From: Armatimonadota bacterium
GTDB lineage: Bacteria > Armatimonadota > UBA5829 > DSUL01
Assembly: GCA_039811685.1 (NCBI GenBank)
Contig: JBDHZC010000008.1
Location: 76,707 to 140,706, forward strand
Direction of reading: 5' to 3'
Length of the DNA stretch: 64,000 bases
In this document: positions 29,743 to 39,846 of the stretch, piece by piece
Numbering within the stretch: position 1 is the stretch's first letter
Layout: each line of letters begins with the position of its first letter
Translations under genes and position numbers: made by a program
Notes under the pieces: generated by a model
Database searches by the model: none
What the model was told of the DNA's origin: nothing
The model's input: the letters and a program-made list of their open reading frames with translations, nothing else

Positions 29743-31076
29743 TTCAGCACCTCCGCTATGTCCTGGCAATAGCTGTCGATGTCGTCCCGCGTTTTGGTTT
29801 CCGTTACAGCTACAAGCAGACAGTCGCGCAGACCTGCGTCGAACTGACCGAGGTCCAGTCCGGCCCACCAGCCCCTCTCTCTCATCCTGTTGACTGCCTC
29901 CAGCGCAAGGCACGGCAGCTTGAGAGTAAACTCGTTGAAGAACGGCGCATCAAATGCGAGGGTCACTCCCGGAATGTTCTGTAGCTTATCGGCGCAGTAG
30001 TGAGCGCGGATCAGGTTTTGCTGCGCAATCTCCTGAAAACCAGATCGTCCAGCCAGCGCCAGATACACGGTAGCGGTCAGCGCGAGAAGGGCCTGATTTG
30101 TGCAGATATTGCTGGTAGCCCGCTCACGCCGAATATGCTGCTCGCGAGTTTGAAGGGTCAGCGTGAAGCCGCGCTGTCCACTGGAGTCCCAGGCCATACC
30201 TGCCAGACGCCCTGGCATCTGGCGTACCAGATTCTCCCGCACCGAGAAAAACCCGGCGTAAGGTCCACCGTAGTTGAGCGCCACACCCAGCGGCTGGCAA
30301 TCCCCCACCGCGATGTCTGCGCCAACCTCACCAGGGGAGGCCAGCAATCCGAGGGACACAGGATTGCAGGCGACGACAAGCAAAGCCCCCGAGGCATGAG
30401 CGATTTCAGCCAGATCCCGGAGATCTTCCAGATGACCAAAGAAGTTCGGTTGCTGGACTATGAGGCAGGCGGTTTCGGAGTCTATGGCAGTCTGGCAGAG
30501 CTCCAGAGACGTGACTCCGTCACTTTGGGAGATTTCAACGATTTCGTCACCCAGACCCGAGACGTACGTCTGAAGGACTTCCCGCCACTGCGGGTGCACA
30601 GCGCCAGAAACCGCGATGCGGCGACGCCGGGTCTGCCGCAGGGCTAACAGCGCCGCCTCCGCCATCGCCGAAGCGCCGTCGTACATAGAGGCATTGGCGA
30701 CATCCATGCCGGTGATCTGGCAGATCATGCTCTGGAACTCAAAAGTAGCGGTCAAAGTCCCCTGGCTCGCTTCCGGTTGATACGGCGTGTAGGCGGTAAG
30801 AAACTCTCCCCGAGAGACCAGCGCATCTATGGCAGAAGGGATAGCGTGCTCATAAGCGCCGGCGCCAAGGAAACACCGTCCCGGAGCGACTGGCTCATTG
30901 CGTGATGCAAGGGACGCCAGGTGACGCAGCAGGCGAGTCTCAGACATACCGGGTCCGATGTCCAGTAAGCCATCAATCTGGTTGGGAATATCTCTCAGCA
31001 GGTCATCGGCGCTCTGGACGCCGATAACATCCATCATCCGCCGCTGATCAGTTTGGGAAGCTCCAACCCAATCCAT
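29739..31076 (-). CDS. gcvPA: Glycine dehydrogenase (decarboxylating) subunit 1
   Basis: FLGAGAY, EFLTAYTPYQPEASQG, NASMYDG, LQTREQHIRRERATSNICTNQ. Confidence 0.97.
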   Translation of the reverse strand: MDWVGASQTDQRRMMDVIGVQSADDLLRDIPNQIDGLLDIGPGMSETRLLRHLASLASRNEPVAPGRCFLGAGAYEHAIPSAIDALVSRGEFLTAYTPYQPEASQGTLTATFEFQSMICQITGMDVANASMYDGASAMAEAALLALRQTRRRRIAVSGAVHPQWREVLQTYVSGLGDEIVEISQSDGVTSLELCQTAIDSETACLIVQQPNFFGHLEDLRDLAEIAHASGALLVVACNPVSLGLLASPGEVGADIAVGDCQPLGVALNYGGPYAGFFSVRENLVRQMPGRLAGMAWDSSGQRGFTLTLQTREQHIRRERATSNICTNQALLALTATVYLALAGRSGFQEIAQQNLIRAHYCADKLQNIPGVTLAFDAPFFNEFTLKLPCLALEAVNRMRERGWWAGLDLGQFDAGLRDCLLVAVTETKTRDDIDSYCQDIAEVLK

Positions 31077-31078
31077 TC

Positions 31079-31468
31079 CTACTGCTGACTTTCGACAAAT
31101 GCCAGATATTGGTCGTGCGTCATGAGACTGTCTGTATCAGCGGTATCAGACGGCTTCAGCGCGACCAGCCAGCCGTCTTCGTAAGGTGAAGAGTTTACAA
31201 GTTCGGGGCTATTCGCGAGAGCTTCGTTTGATCGCTCTACAGTGCCCGAAACCGGCGCGTAAATGCTGAAAGAGGCTTTCACTGAATCTACCAGAAGCAA
31301 CTCATCCCCTGCGTTCACAACCCGGCCTGATTCTGGGAGATCAACGAACACGATATCCGTGATCTCCTCCTGCGCGTGATCTGTTATCCCTACATAAAAC
31401 AGCCCATCTTCGCGCAGATGAACCCATTCGTGCGTCTCGGTGAATCGGTAGTCATTCAGATCTGTCAT
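31079..31468 (-). CDS. gcvH: Glycine cleavage system H protein
   Basis: THEWV, VGITDHAQ, DSVKA (lipoyl lysine), APVSG, PELVN.SPYEDGW. Confidence 0.96.
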   Translation of the reverse strand: MTDLNDYRFTETHEWVHLREDGLFYVGITDHAQEEITDIVFVDLPESGRVVNAGDELLLVDSVKASFSIYAPVSGTVERSNEALANSPELVNSSPYEDGWLVALKPSDTADTDSLMTHDQYLAFVESQQ

Positions 31469-32568
31469 TGCAGAATCAACTCCTGCCGCCTGCGCGCTCC
31501 AGCTTCCTTGTAGAACGGAAGCTCCACTGCATGTGCGGAAAAGGTCTTTCCATTGTGCTCGAGTTTGTAAGGCTCCCCGGCGCCGCTGTCAACCAATGCG
31601 AGGCAGATGCCCCGGTTGAGGCTGGGTGAATGTGTCCCGCTTGTCACAACGCCTCTGGCGCGGCCATCCGAAGTCACCGTCCATCCCTGACGCGGTACGC
31701 CGCGCTCATCCAGAATCAGGCCGATCAGTTTGTGCTCTATACCTGTTCGCTGCTGACTTTCGAGCGCCTCACGACCGATGAAGTCTGAGTTTTTTTGCAG
31801 CTTTACTGTCCATCCGTAGCCAATGTCGTACGGAGTGCAGTTCTCGCTGCCTTCATGTCCGTAGAGAGGATAGCCCATCTCAAGGCGTAGTGTGTCGCGC
31901 GCGCCAAGTCCGGCCGCGACAAGTCCAAAATGTTGACCGGACTTGTAGAGCGCTTCCCATATTGCCGCAGCAGATACAGCGGGAACAAAAAGCTCAAACC
32001 CGTCCTCTCCTGTGTAGCCTGTTCGGCTCACGATGACTCGCGCCTGCGTCAGCTCTGTCTCGATCACACCATTTCGACTCAGCGACGTGGCCTCGGGCAC
32101 AACTGCGGACAATACAGCTTCCGCGTGCGGGCCCTGCAGGGCGATGCCTGCTCGAGAAGAGCGAGCGTCCAGCGTAACCTCTGAGAACTGGTGCTGGCGC
32201 AGCCAGGCAAGATCGGCCTCTTCGCGCGAGGCGTTCATCACCAGAAAGAAGCGCTCTTCGCCGAGCCGAAAGACGTAAAGATCGTCAATAATGCCGCCCT
32301 GGAAGTTGCACATAGGGGAGTAGACGCCGCGGCCAACTTTCACATCGATGTTGTTGGGGAGCATGTACTGAAGCCAGTCCAGAGCCCGAGGGCCGCTCAC
32401 GTCAGCCTGCGCCATGTGTGAGATGTCAAACAGCCCGGCCGCCTGTCGCACAGCAATGTGCTCCTGGATAACGGAAGAAAACTGGACAGGAAGCTCCCAG
32501 CCCGCGAAATCGACCATTCGGCCGCCATGTTCGCGGTGCCAGGCATCCAGTGGCGAAAGCTTTGTCAT
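31465..32568 (-). CDS. gcvT: Glycine cleavage system aminomethyltransferase T
   Basis: MVDFAGWELPVQF, GLFDISHM, SRTGYTGEDGFE, GLGARDTLRLE; ATG 32568 has an AGGAG RBS. Confidence 0.97.
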   Translation of the reverse strand: MTKLSPLDAWHREHGGRMVDFAGWELPVQFSSVIQEHIAVRQAAGLFDISHMAQADVSGPRALDWLQYMLPNNIDVKVGRGVYSPMCNFQGGIIDDLYVFRLGEERFFLVMNASREEADLAWLRQHQFSEVTLDARSSRAGIALQGPHAEAVLSAVVPEATSLSRNGVIETELTQARVIVSRTGYTGEDGFELFVPAVSAAAIWEALYKSGQHFGLVAAGLGARDTLRLEMGYPLYGHEGSENCTPYDIGYGWTVKLQKNSDFIGREALESQQRTGIEHKLIGLILDERGVPRQGWTVTSDGRARGVVTSGTHSPSLNRGICLALVDSGAGEPYKLEHNGKTFSAHAVELPFYKEAGARRRQELILQ

Positions 32569-32751
32569 CCCGAGCTCCTGCGAACACACGGGAGGTGGGA
32601 GTTGAGGATGCTTCTGACAGACTCTGTGCTAACTGACCGGGGAGACATGGCGAGGTTATGTTAGCCCCAACTGCACCCAGGCTGCAACAGCAAGGAGGGC
32701 GCTAACGAGACCTTACCCGGGAGTACCGTACAGCCAGCGTTTTCGCCGGGA

Positions 32752-35520
32752 TTACCCGTGCGCTGACTCCGTAGCTTTCGCCGCCGGAGCTCCGATTTCA
32801 TAGTGGCTGTAGAGCCAGGAGATGCCGATCAACGCAACTCCCAGCCCTGCAAAGCTCACAACGCGATAGCCACCCTGGAGGAAGCTGAGATCGAGCAGAA
32901 ACAGCTTGCACGATGTAAGCCCCAGAATTCCCAACGCAACTATCCGCAACAGGCGCTGCTTCCAGTGCGCACCAATGAGCAGCAGTACTACAGCGCTTAC
33001 TGTCCAGACAAGCGAGATCGCCATCTGCGCCGCCAGTTCCCAGTCAGGGAACAGACTTTGATAGAAACGAAAAGCTTCGTACGTCTCCTGCGTCAATCCC
33101 CAGAGCAGCAGTCCAAGCGCCAAAAGTCCGATGAGGGAGCTTGCAGAGGCTTCTGCTGAAGCGCTCTTCCTTTGCACGACGTACGCCCCGAAAGCCGCCG
33201 CTGCCGAACACCACACAAATACGACAAAGCGGATATTCCAGATGGGACCGTAAGTTGGTGAATCCAGGGAGACGGCCAGCAGCAGGAAAACTGCCAGAAA
33301 CGCCACGGCGATGCTGATGATTCCAAACAGCACGTGCCGCCACTTCAGACTCAGCAGCAGCATCCCTACAGCGAAGGCCGCCCATAGAGCACACAAGGCG
33401 TAAACGCCCTCTGCAACCGCTCGCGCGCCAGTTGCGTTGCTCCAGACTACTCCACCTGAATAGACTTCGATGGACAGACCAATGAGCCCTACAACGCTCA
33501 GCAGACCAAGCGTCCACGCAGACGTTTCGGCAGCTTCGCTGTCAGGGGTACGTGCCCACCGCCAGCTCAACCATCCCAGCAAGGCGGATGTCACAAGAAA
33601 GGAAGCAGCCCGGATATTCGTGAACGGCGACCAGACCGCGCTGTCCAACTGAGTCAGCGATCCTGCCACCGGCAGCGCTGAGCCGAGGACGGCTACCACA
33701 AGTCCACATCCCCGCACAAACGGCTGTCGTACAACGCCTCCAAGCGCTTCAAGACAAATGCTTAGAATTGCCCAGAGTATGGCCGTGAGAAACAGGGTGA
33801 CAGCCCAGCGATCCGAAGGGAAAAGGGCAGGATAAGCCACCGCCGTCACGCTGCTCTCAAGCGCCAGCAGCCAGGCGGTCTCTCCGATCGTCACTACACT
33901 CAACAGATAAAAGGTCGTTTTGTGACCCGGGTCCGCTGAGCGCCCTTCGGTAACGGCCATCCACGCACCAGCCAGGATGCTCACCAGCAACGGCAGCGCC
34001 TGAGTGTTAGCGAACGGCACGAGCGGATCAGGGCTCGTCCAGCTAACAAGCGTCAGCACGACAACAAGCGAGATCGCCCACACAAACTGCGCGCTTCTGC
34101 GGAAGAGACGGCTGTGAAGTGCATGGGACATCGTCAGAAGCAGCGCGCTCTCCAGACTCCAGCCCACCGCCAGCCACATCTGGCTGAGCTGAACGGGAAG
34201 AGCGATCGTAATGTAGAACAGCGCCAGCCCAATAAGACTCCGTTGCAGGGCCAGATCCTGGCGGGAAATCGCGCGAACAAGAGCCGCCGATGCCCCGAAC
34301 GCCACGCCAGCCAGCAACGGAAACGCACCAGGATAGTTGCCAAGCCTGGGTTCCAGGACAGACAGCCCAAACATCCCGTAGAAAAAGGATGCAGCGAACA
34401 GCAACGCCAGATCAGCCGGTGGTGTACGCTCCCTGCGCCACAGACTGTAGAGACACGCCGCACCCGCAAACTCCAGTTCAAACAACGTCAGATAGGCGAA
34501 AATAGGCCATACCATTGCCTGCCGATAGTCGAGCAACGCCCACCCGGCAACAAGGACAAGTGTAGAAATGAAAGCAAGCTGGATGGCTCCTCTCCAGCGC
34601 TTGAACACAGACACGCCGACGATTCCGGCGTTGAGGACGGCGACGTAAGTCAGCAGCGGCAAAGGACTGGATGGGCTGCTACTGGCGCTAGTGAGCACGG
34701 CAGGCGTCAGGAAGCCTCCGAGTGTGGCGAGCAGACACAGACTGATGGCGTCGTAGCGAACCGCCAGCACCACACCAAAAGCGGTTACTATGGCCATAAG
34801 AACAAACGCTGTCTGAAACGGGAACAGGCCGTAAACATGCGCCCCCGCCCAGATGCTCAGATAGTAGATTGCCAGACCTGTTCCCGTCAGGCCTTCTGCG
34901 AACCACTTCTGCTGGCGGTGAGCCGCAAGCGCTGCACCACCCACGAAAACAGAACCCGCGACGAAACCGACAGCCAGGCGTCCGGCAGGTCCTATCCACT
35001 GCCACGCCCACTGGAGAAACAGCGCCACAGCCAGAAACACAAAGACAGAACCCGCCCAGAGTGTCCATTTTCCGCCAACGACGCTCTCAAATGTTGCACC
35101 CCCGAGCGTTGCCCGCGCTTCCGGTCCAGCCGTCGAAGAAGACCCAAGGCTGAGCGGAACCGGAATTGGAGCGGGAGGCTTTGAGTCCGGAACTGTTGGA
35201 GGCGGCGGAATGATAGGAGGCGGAGGAACAGATGGCTCTGCCGGCATGGGTTGCGCTGAAGGCTCTGGCGCATAAGAATAGGACGGGACAACAGGCGGAG
35301 GAGGAGCGCCAGGTTGGGAGTCCAACGGCTGCGGCGGCGCTTCAAGCGGCGGAGGCGGAGCTTTGCCTTGTGACTCAGACCCGGATGGCGCGGCCGGGAA
35401 ATCCGGCCTGACTCCCACATGTCTTTCCAGAGAGTCCAGACGCCGGGCGAGGTCGTCTATCTTCTGCGACAGGCGCTCGAGAAACTCCTGAACGGGTTCC
35501 TGCGATCTATGCATAGACAT
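32752..35520 (-). CDS. DUF2339-like multi-pass membrane protein
   Basis: N-terminal coiled coil (LARRLDSLERH), Pro-rich linker, FESVVGGKW..W.G, many TM helices, C-terminal KLFLLDLS.L.G.YRVVSF..LG..LI.IS.LY. Confidence 0.8.
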   Translation of the reverse strand: MSMHRSQEPVQEFLERLSQKIDDLARRLDSLERHVGVRPDFPAAPSGSESQGKAPPPPLEAPPQPLDSQPGAPPPPVVPSYSYAPEPSAQPMPAEPSVPPPPIIPPPPTVPDSKPPAPIPVPLSLGSSSTAGPEARATLGGATFESVVGGKWTLWAGSVFVFLAVALFLQWAWQWIGPAGRLAVGFVAGSVFVGGAALAAHRQQKWFAEGLTGTGLAIYYLSIWAGAHVYGLFPFQTAFVLMAIVTAFGVVLAVRYDAISLCLLATLGGFLTPAVLTSASSSPSSPLPLLTYVAVLNAGIVGVSVFKRWRGAIQLAFISTLVLVAGWALLDYRQAMVWPIFAYLTLFELEFAGAACLYSLWRRERTPPADLALLFAASFFYGMFGLSVLEPRLGNYPGAFPLLAGVAFGASAALVRAISRQDLALQRSLIGLALFYITIALPVQLSQMWLAVGWSLESALLLTMSHALHSRLFRRSAQFVWAISLVVVLTLVSWTSPDPLVPFANTQALPLLVSILAGAWMAVTEGRSADPGHKTTFYLLSVVTIGETAWLLALESSVTAVAYPALFPSDRWAVTLFLTAILWAILSICLEALGGVVRQPFVRGCGLVVAVLGSALPVAGSLTQLDSAVWSPFTNIRAASFLVTSALLGWLSWRWARTPDSEAAETSAWTLGLLSVVGLIGLSIEVYSGGVVWSNATGARAVAEGVYALCALWAAFAVGMLLLSLKWRHVLFGIISIAVAFLAVFLLLAVSLDSPTYGPIWNIRFVVFVWCSAAAAFGAYVVQRKSASAEASASSLIGLLALGLLLWGLTQETYEAFRFYQSLFPDWELAAQMAISLVWTVSAVVLLLIGAHWKQRLLRIVALGILGLTSCKLFLLDLSFLQGGYRVVSFAGLGVALIGISWLYSHYEIGAPAAKATESAHG

Positions 35521-35650
35521 CTTCGTAGAATATCCTGTTGTCAGACTCAGCGGGGCCGCGGGCGCGATGTCGCGATCAAAGCAAATTGCCCACCGCTGCC
35601 CGATCCAGTTCAATCATAATACAGTATATGCGCAGGAAAAGACACAGTCT

Positions 35651-37711
35651 ATGAAAGCAGTAGTTTCTCTGTTTGCGGCCGTGACGGTTCTTGCCCTTTA
35701 CACAGGGGCTTCAAAGACCACTGTAGCGAACCCTGTTGAGTTCTATATCTCCACACAGGGCAAAGATTCCTGGTCCGGGACGCTGCCAGAGGTGAACGCA
35801 TCGGGGACAGACGGGCCGTTTGCGACGCTGGAGCGCGCTCAAGAAGCTGTGCGCAGCGCCCGCAAGAGCGGAGCGCAGCCTGTGACGGTCTCCATCCGAG
35901 CAGGAGTTTATCCTCTGGAACAGAGCCTGCGATTCGGGCCGGACGATAGCGGCACGCTTGAGAACCCGGTTGTGTGGCGATCGTACAACAACGAGAATGT
36001 GTCCATTGTGGGGACAAAACAGATAGGCGGATTCCGAAAGCTGGCGAATGCGCAGATTGCCGCACGATTGTCAGCGGATGCGCGGGCGCACGTCGTCGAA
36101 GCGGACTTGAGAAGTCAGGGAATCAGTGACTACGGTCAACTTCGCGCCAGAGGCTTTCTGCGGGACATCCAGCCAGCCCCGATGGAGCTGTTCTTCGACG
36201 GACGGCCAATGACGCTGGCCCAGTGGCCGAACAGTGGCTGGGCGGTCATGAGCGGCGCTCTGGCGCCGGAGACGCGCACATTCATCTACGACGGCGAAGA
36301 ACCAGCACGCATCAAAAGCACGAAAGACGTGTGGATTCACGGCTACTTCACGTACACCTATGCGGACTACTGGGAGCCTGTAGTCTCCATCGACAGCGCG
36401 AAACATCAGATATCAACCGCTGTGCCGGCCGCCCGTGGCACAGGAGCTTATCGCAAGGACAGCCGCTATCTGATTGTGAATGCGCTGGAAGAGCTGGACT
36501 CACCCGGTGAGTACTACATAGACAGAGAGACGGGCATGCTCTACTTCTGGCCGCCCGGTGACGTTGCCAAAGCGAAGACTTATGTCTCAATGCTGGAAGA
36601 CCCGCTTGTGCGCGCGAGAGTGTTGTCGAACGTACGCTTTGAAGGGTTGAGCTTTGAAATGTCGCGCGGCGCGGGTGTGGAGATTGCGGGAAGGATGAAT
36701 GTGCAGCTTCACCGATGCACACTGCGCAATCTGGGCAGCGTGGCGGTAAGCGTGGGCACCCTGCAGCCAGACCTCTACTGGACGCTGTACAACGACACGA
36801 CTTTCACAAACGATCCGGGCGTTCAGAACGGGCTGGACGAATGCAGGATTTACGACGTCGGCGAGGGAGGCGTCATTCTGGGTGGCGGCGACAGAAAGAC
36901 TCTGGCCAAAGGTCAAAACTATGTGCGCGGGTGCGAGATACACGACGTCAACCGCTGGGTGCAGACATTTCGCCCTGGCGTGTTTGTGTACGGCGTCGGG
37001 AATGACGCTACGTCCAATCACATCTACAGCGCACCGCACACGGGCATCTATGTCAATGGCAATGACAACACTGTTGAGTACAACGATCTCCACAATCTCT
37101 GTACGCAGACTACCGACGCCGGGGCCGTGTACATGGGCCGGGACCCGTCCCAGCGCGGCAACATCTTCCGGTACAACTACATTCACGATTTGAGTGGGCC
37201 ACCCCGTACGCGTCCGGGAATTTCACTGGTGATGGGCATTTATCTGGACGACGTGTCAAGCGGAGCGACAGTGGAGTCGAACGTCTTCAAGAACGTCCTG
37301 CGGGCGGTGTATATCGGCGGCGGACGGGATAATCTGGTCGAGAACAACGTGTTTATCGACTGCGCTTTCGGCGTTCACGTTGACGATCGCGGTATCTCCA
37401 AAGACGCCACCTACGAGCGCCGTATGCGGGCTGTCAACTTTGACGCCCCGCCCTACTCCACGCGCTATCCGGATCTCGCGAGCATGTTGCGCAATCAACC
37501 CGACCTGCCAAAAGGCAACAGAGTGCTGGACAATGTCTTTCAGGGCGGGCAGTTTCTGGACATCTCCGATACTGTTCCCTCTGGACTGGTAGAGGCACGC
37601 AACAACGTGACAAGCGGCGCGCACTTTGACGGCCTTCAACCGGCGCCCGCGCCCCGTCCCCCGGGATTTCAGGCACTACCCCTGGACAAGATGGTTCACT
37701 CTGTGCCGTAA
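35651..37711 (+). CDS. Secreted right-handed parallel beta-helix protein (GH141-like)
   Basis: FYISTQGKDSWSG...GPFATLERA, ELFFDGRPMTLAQWPN, NALEELDSPGEYY, repeated N.I/EYN rungs, DAGAVY, GIYLDD. Confidence 0.75.
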   Translation: MKAVVSLFAAVTVLALYTGASKTTVANPVEFYISTQGKDSWSGTLPEVNASGTDGPFATLERAQEAVRSARKSGAQPVTVSIRAGVYPLEQSLRFGPDDSGTLENPVVWRSYNNENVSIVGTKQIGGFRKLANAQIAARLSADARAHVVEADLRSQGISDYGQLRARGFLRDIQPAPMELFFDGRPMTLAQWPNSGWAVMSGALAPETRTFIYDGEEPARIKSTKDVWIHGYFTYTYADYWEPVVSIDSAKHQISTAVPAARGTGAYRKDSRYLIVNALEELDSPGEYYIDRETGMLYFWPPGDVAKAKTYVSMLEDPLVRARVLSNVRFEGLSFEMSRGAGVEIAGRMNVQLHRCTLRNLGSVAVSVGTLQPDLYWTLYNDTTFTNDPGVQNGLDECRIYDVGEGGVILGGGDRKTLAKGQNYVRGCEIHDVNRWVQTFRPGVFVYGVGNDATSNHIYSAPHTGIYVNGNDNTVEYNDLHNLCTQTTDAGAVYMGRDPSQRGNIFRYNYIHDLSGPPRTRPGISLVMGIYLDDVSSGATVESNVFKNVLRAVYIGGGRDNLVENNVFIDCAFGVHVDDRGISKDATYERRMRAVNFDAPPYSTRYPDLASMLRNQPDLPKGNRVLDNVFQGGQFLDISDTVPSGLVEARNNVTSGAHFDGLQPAPAPRPPGFQALPLDKMVHSVP

Positions 37712-37780
37712 AGGCCGGGCAGGAACTCCAAAGCGCGCGTTGAAGGAGAACGCTAAGACGATAGCGAGGTTCTCCCCACA

Positions 37781-39823
37781 ATGACACTCCTGCAAGGTCT
37801 GACGCTTCTGGTGCTGCTCTTAGGTAGTGTGGCTCGTTGCTCCGGCGCGGCCTACTACGTATCCCCATCCGGCAGCGACCGTGCGCCGGGAACAAGCGCC
37901 GCCCCCGTCAAATCCCTCGAGCTGGCGATTGAGAGAGCTGCGCAGGGAGGACCAGGCTCCGAGGTAGTTCTTGCGGACGGGTTGTATTTTCGAGACAAAT
38001 CCCTGATGCTGGACTCGCTCAACCACGTGAGTATCCGTGCGCAGAACTCTCGTAAAGCCAGACTCGTTGGCGGGCGCATTGTGCACAATTTCCGGAAGGT
38101 CACTGACGCGGCGATCCTGGCCAGATTGGACCCGCAGGCGCAAAAGAGTGTTGTGGTCTGCGACTTGAAGGCGGAGGGCATCACGGACTACGGCGAGATC
38201 ACAGCGCGCGGATTTGGGCGCAGCTTTGCCGCCGCCGGATTAGAGTTGTTCTACAACGGGCAGCCCATGCAGCTGGCGCGCTGGCCCAACGAGGACTGGG
38301 CCCTCATCGACGCGGTTCCAAGCGACAATAAGGACCACGGTTTTCAATATCAAGGTGACAGGCCGGCACGCTGGAAGGAGGCCGAAGACGCCTGGGTGCA
38401 CGGCTACTGGGCGTTCGACTGGGCGGACACTTACGATGGCATTGAGTCCATTGATTTGGACAACAGAACTATCACTGTGAAGCCCCCGTACAACAACTAC
38501 GGCTTCAAAGCTGGCAAGCGTTACTACGCTCTGAACATTCTTGAAGAGCTGGATGCGCCCGGCGAGTGGTACCTGGACAGAGATAATGGGCTCCTGTATT
38601 TCTGGCCTCCGTCCCCGATCCAGTCGGGTGAAGCGATCGTATCAACACTCCCAGAGCCGATGGTGGTTCTGCAGAACACGCGAGGTGTGACCATCAGCGG
38701 GCTTGTAATTGAAGCCGGGCGGGGCTGCGGAGTGGAGGTGCGGGCCGGATCTGACAATCTTGTCAGCGACTGTCTGGTGCGCAATCTGGGAACGGTAGGG
38801 ATCAGCATCGGTGAGCTCTACGGCGATATTTTCAGACGGCTTTACGACGACACGGTCTTCACTGTAGACGCTGGTACAAACAACGGCGTGTCCGGATGCG
38901 AAATAACGCAGACTGGCGAAGGCGGAGTGATGCTCGGCGGCGGCGAGCGCAAGACTCTGACTCCGGGGCGCAACTTCGTAGAAGACTGTAACATCCACAA
39001 CTATGCACGCTGGGTGAGGACATACCGTCCCGCTGTTTCACCGTACGGCGTCGGGCAGATTGTGCGCCACAACCTCATCCACGACGCACCGCATACAGGC
39101 GTGCTGGCGAACGGCAACGACCATCTGGTGGAGTACAACGAGATTCATCACGTCTGCTTTGAAAGCGGAGATGCGGGGGCATTCTACATTGGACGCGACT
39201 GGACGCAGCGAGGTGATGTCGTGCGCTACAACTACTTTCACGATATCAAAGGCGTGCAGGGTCAGCGCGGCTTCACGGATGTGATGGGCGTTTATCTGGA
39301 CGACTGGGCCAGCGGAACTCAGGTGTACGGAAACGTCTTTGAGCGGGCAGGACGCGCCGCTATGATCGGTGGCGGCCGGGACAATACTGTGGTGAACAAC
39401 ATCTTCATCGACTGCAACCCCGCAGTCCACGTGGATGCTCGCGGCACAACGCCGAACAACGCCTATTTTGACGGCTCCAACCCGATTCTCTTCAACCGCC
39501 TGAAAGCTGTGGATTACAGCCATCCTCCTTACAGTAGCCGTTATCCAGGGCTGGTGCGCATTCTTGAAGAAGACCCAAAAACTCCACGAGGCAACCGTAT
39601 TGCCTTGAACGTCGTTCGGGGACCACGCTTTATTCAGTGGGTTGGCGACGTGGACAGGAAACTAGTCGCGGTACAGAAGAACTTTGTCAGTGGCGAAGAA
39701 GCCTTCCAGGCCCCTGATCCAGAGACGTTCCAGCTCCCCCCGGACTCACCCGTACTGAAGGCCGGCTTTCGCCAGATTCCTTTCAAAGAGATAGGAATCA
39801 GGCCCGGAGTTACTCCGCGCTAG
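37781..39823 (+). CDS. Secreted right-handed parallel beta-helix protein (GH141-like), tandem paralog
   Basis: YYVSPSGSD, ELFYNGQPMQLARWPN, NILEELDAPGEWY, DAGAFY, GVYLDD; colinear with the upstream gene. Confidence 0.75.
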   Translation: MTLLQGLTLLVLLLGSVARCSGAAYYVSPSGSDRAPGTSAAPVKSLELAIERAAQGGPGSEVVLADGLYFRDKSLMLDSLNHVSIRAQNSRKARLVGGRIVHNFRKVTDAAILARLDPQAQKSVVVCDLKAEGITDYGEITARGFGRSFAAAGLELFYNGQPMQLARWPNEDWALIDAVPSDNKDHGFQYQGDRPARWKEAEDAWVHGYWAFDWADTYDGIESIDLDNRTITVKPPYNNYGFKAGKRYYALNILEELDAPGEWYLDRDNGLLYFWPPSPIQSGEAIVSTLPEPMVVLQNTRGVTISGLVIEAGRGCGVEVRAGSDNLVSDCLVRNLGTVGISIGELYGDIFRRLYDDTVFTVDAGTNNGVSGCEITQTGEGGVMLGGGERKTLTPGRNFVEDCNIHNYARWVRTYRPAVSPYGVGQIVRHNLIHDAPHTGVLANGNDHLVEYNEIHHVCFESGDAGAFYIGRDWTQRGDVVRYNYFHDIKGVQGQRGFTDVMGVYLDDWASGTQVYGNVFERAGRAAMIGGGRDNTVVNNIFIDCNPAVHVDARGTTPNNAYFDGSNPILFNRLKAVDYSHPPYSSRYPGLVRILEEDPKTPRGNRIALNVVRGPRFIQWVGDVDRKLVAVQKNFVSGEEAFQAPDPETFQLPPDSPVLKAGFRQIPFKEIGIRPGVTPR

Positions 39824-39846
39824 ACACGGCCTGAGTGCGTGAAGAA

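Noticed and set aside
29743..29913. N-terminal extensions given by the ORF track (gcvPB, and likewise the track starts at 5668, 13575, 35567, 35613, 49488, 52942, 55432)
   Set aside because: The extensions overlap neighbouring genes or precede better RBS or signal-peptide starts; downstream starts were used.
32590..32751. Glycine riboswitch expected upstream of gcvT
   Set aside because: The minus strand lacks the GGAGA...CCGAAG...CTCTCAGG core motifs.
35150..35400. Pro-rich repeat-like DNA in the DUF2339 gene
   Set aside because: A low-complexity protein linker typical of this family, not a discrete repeat element.
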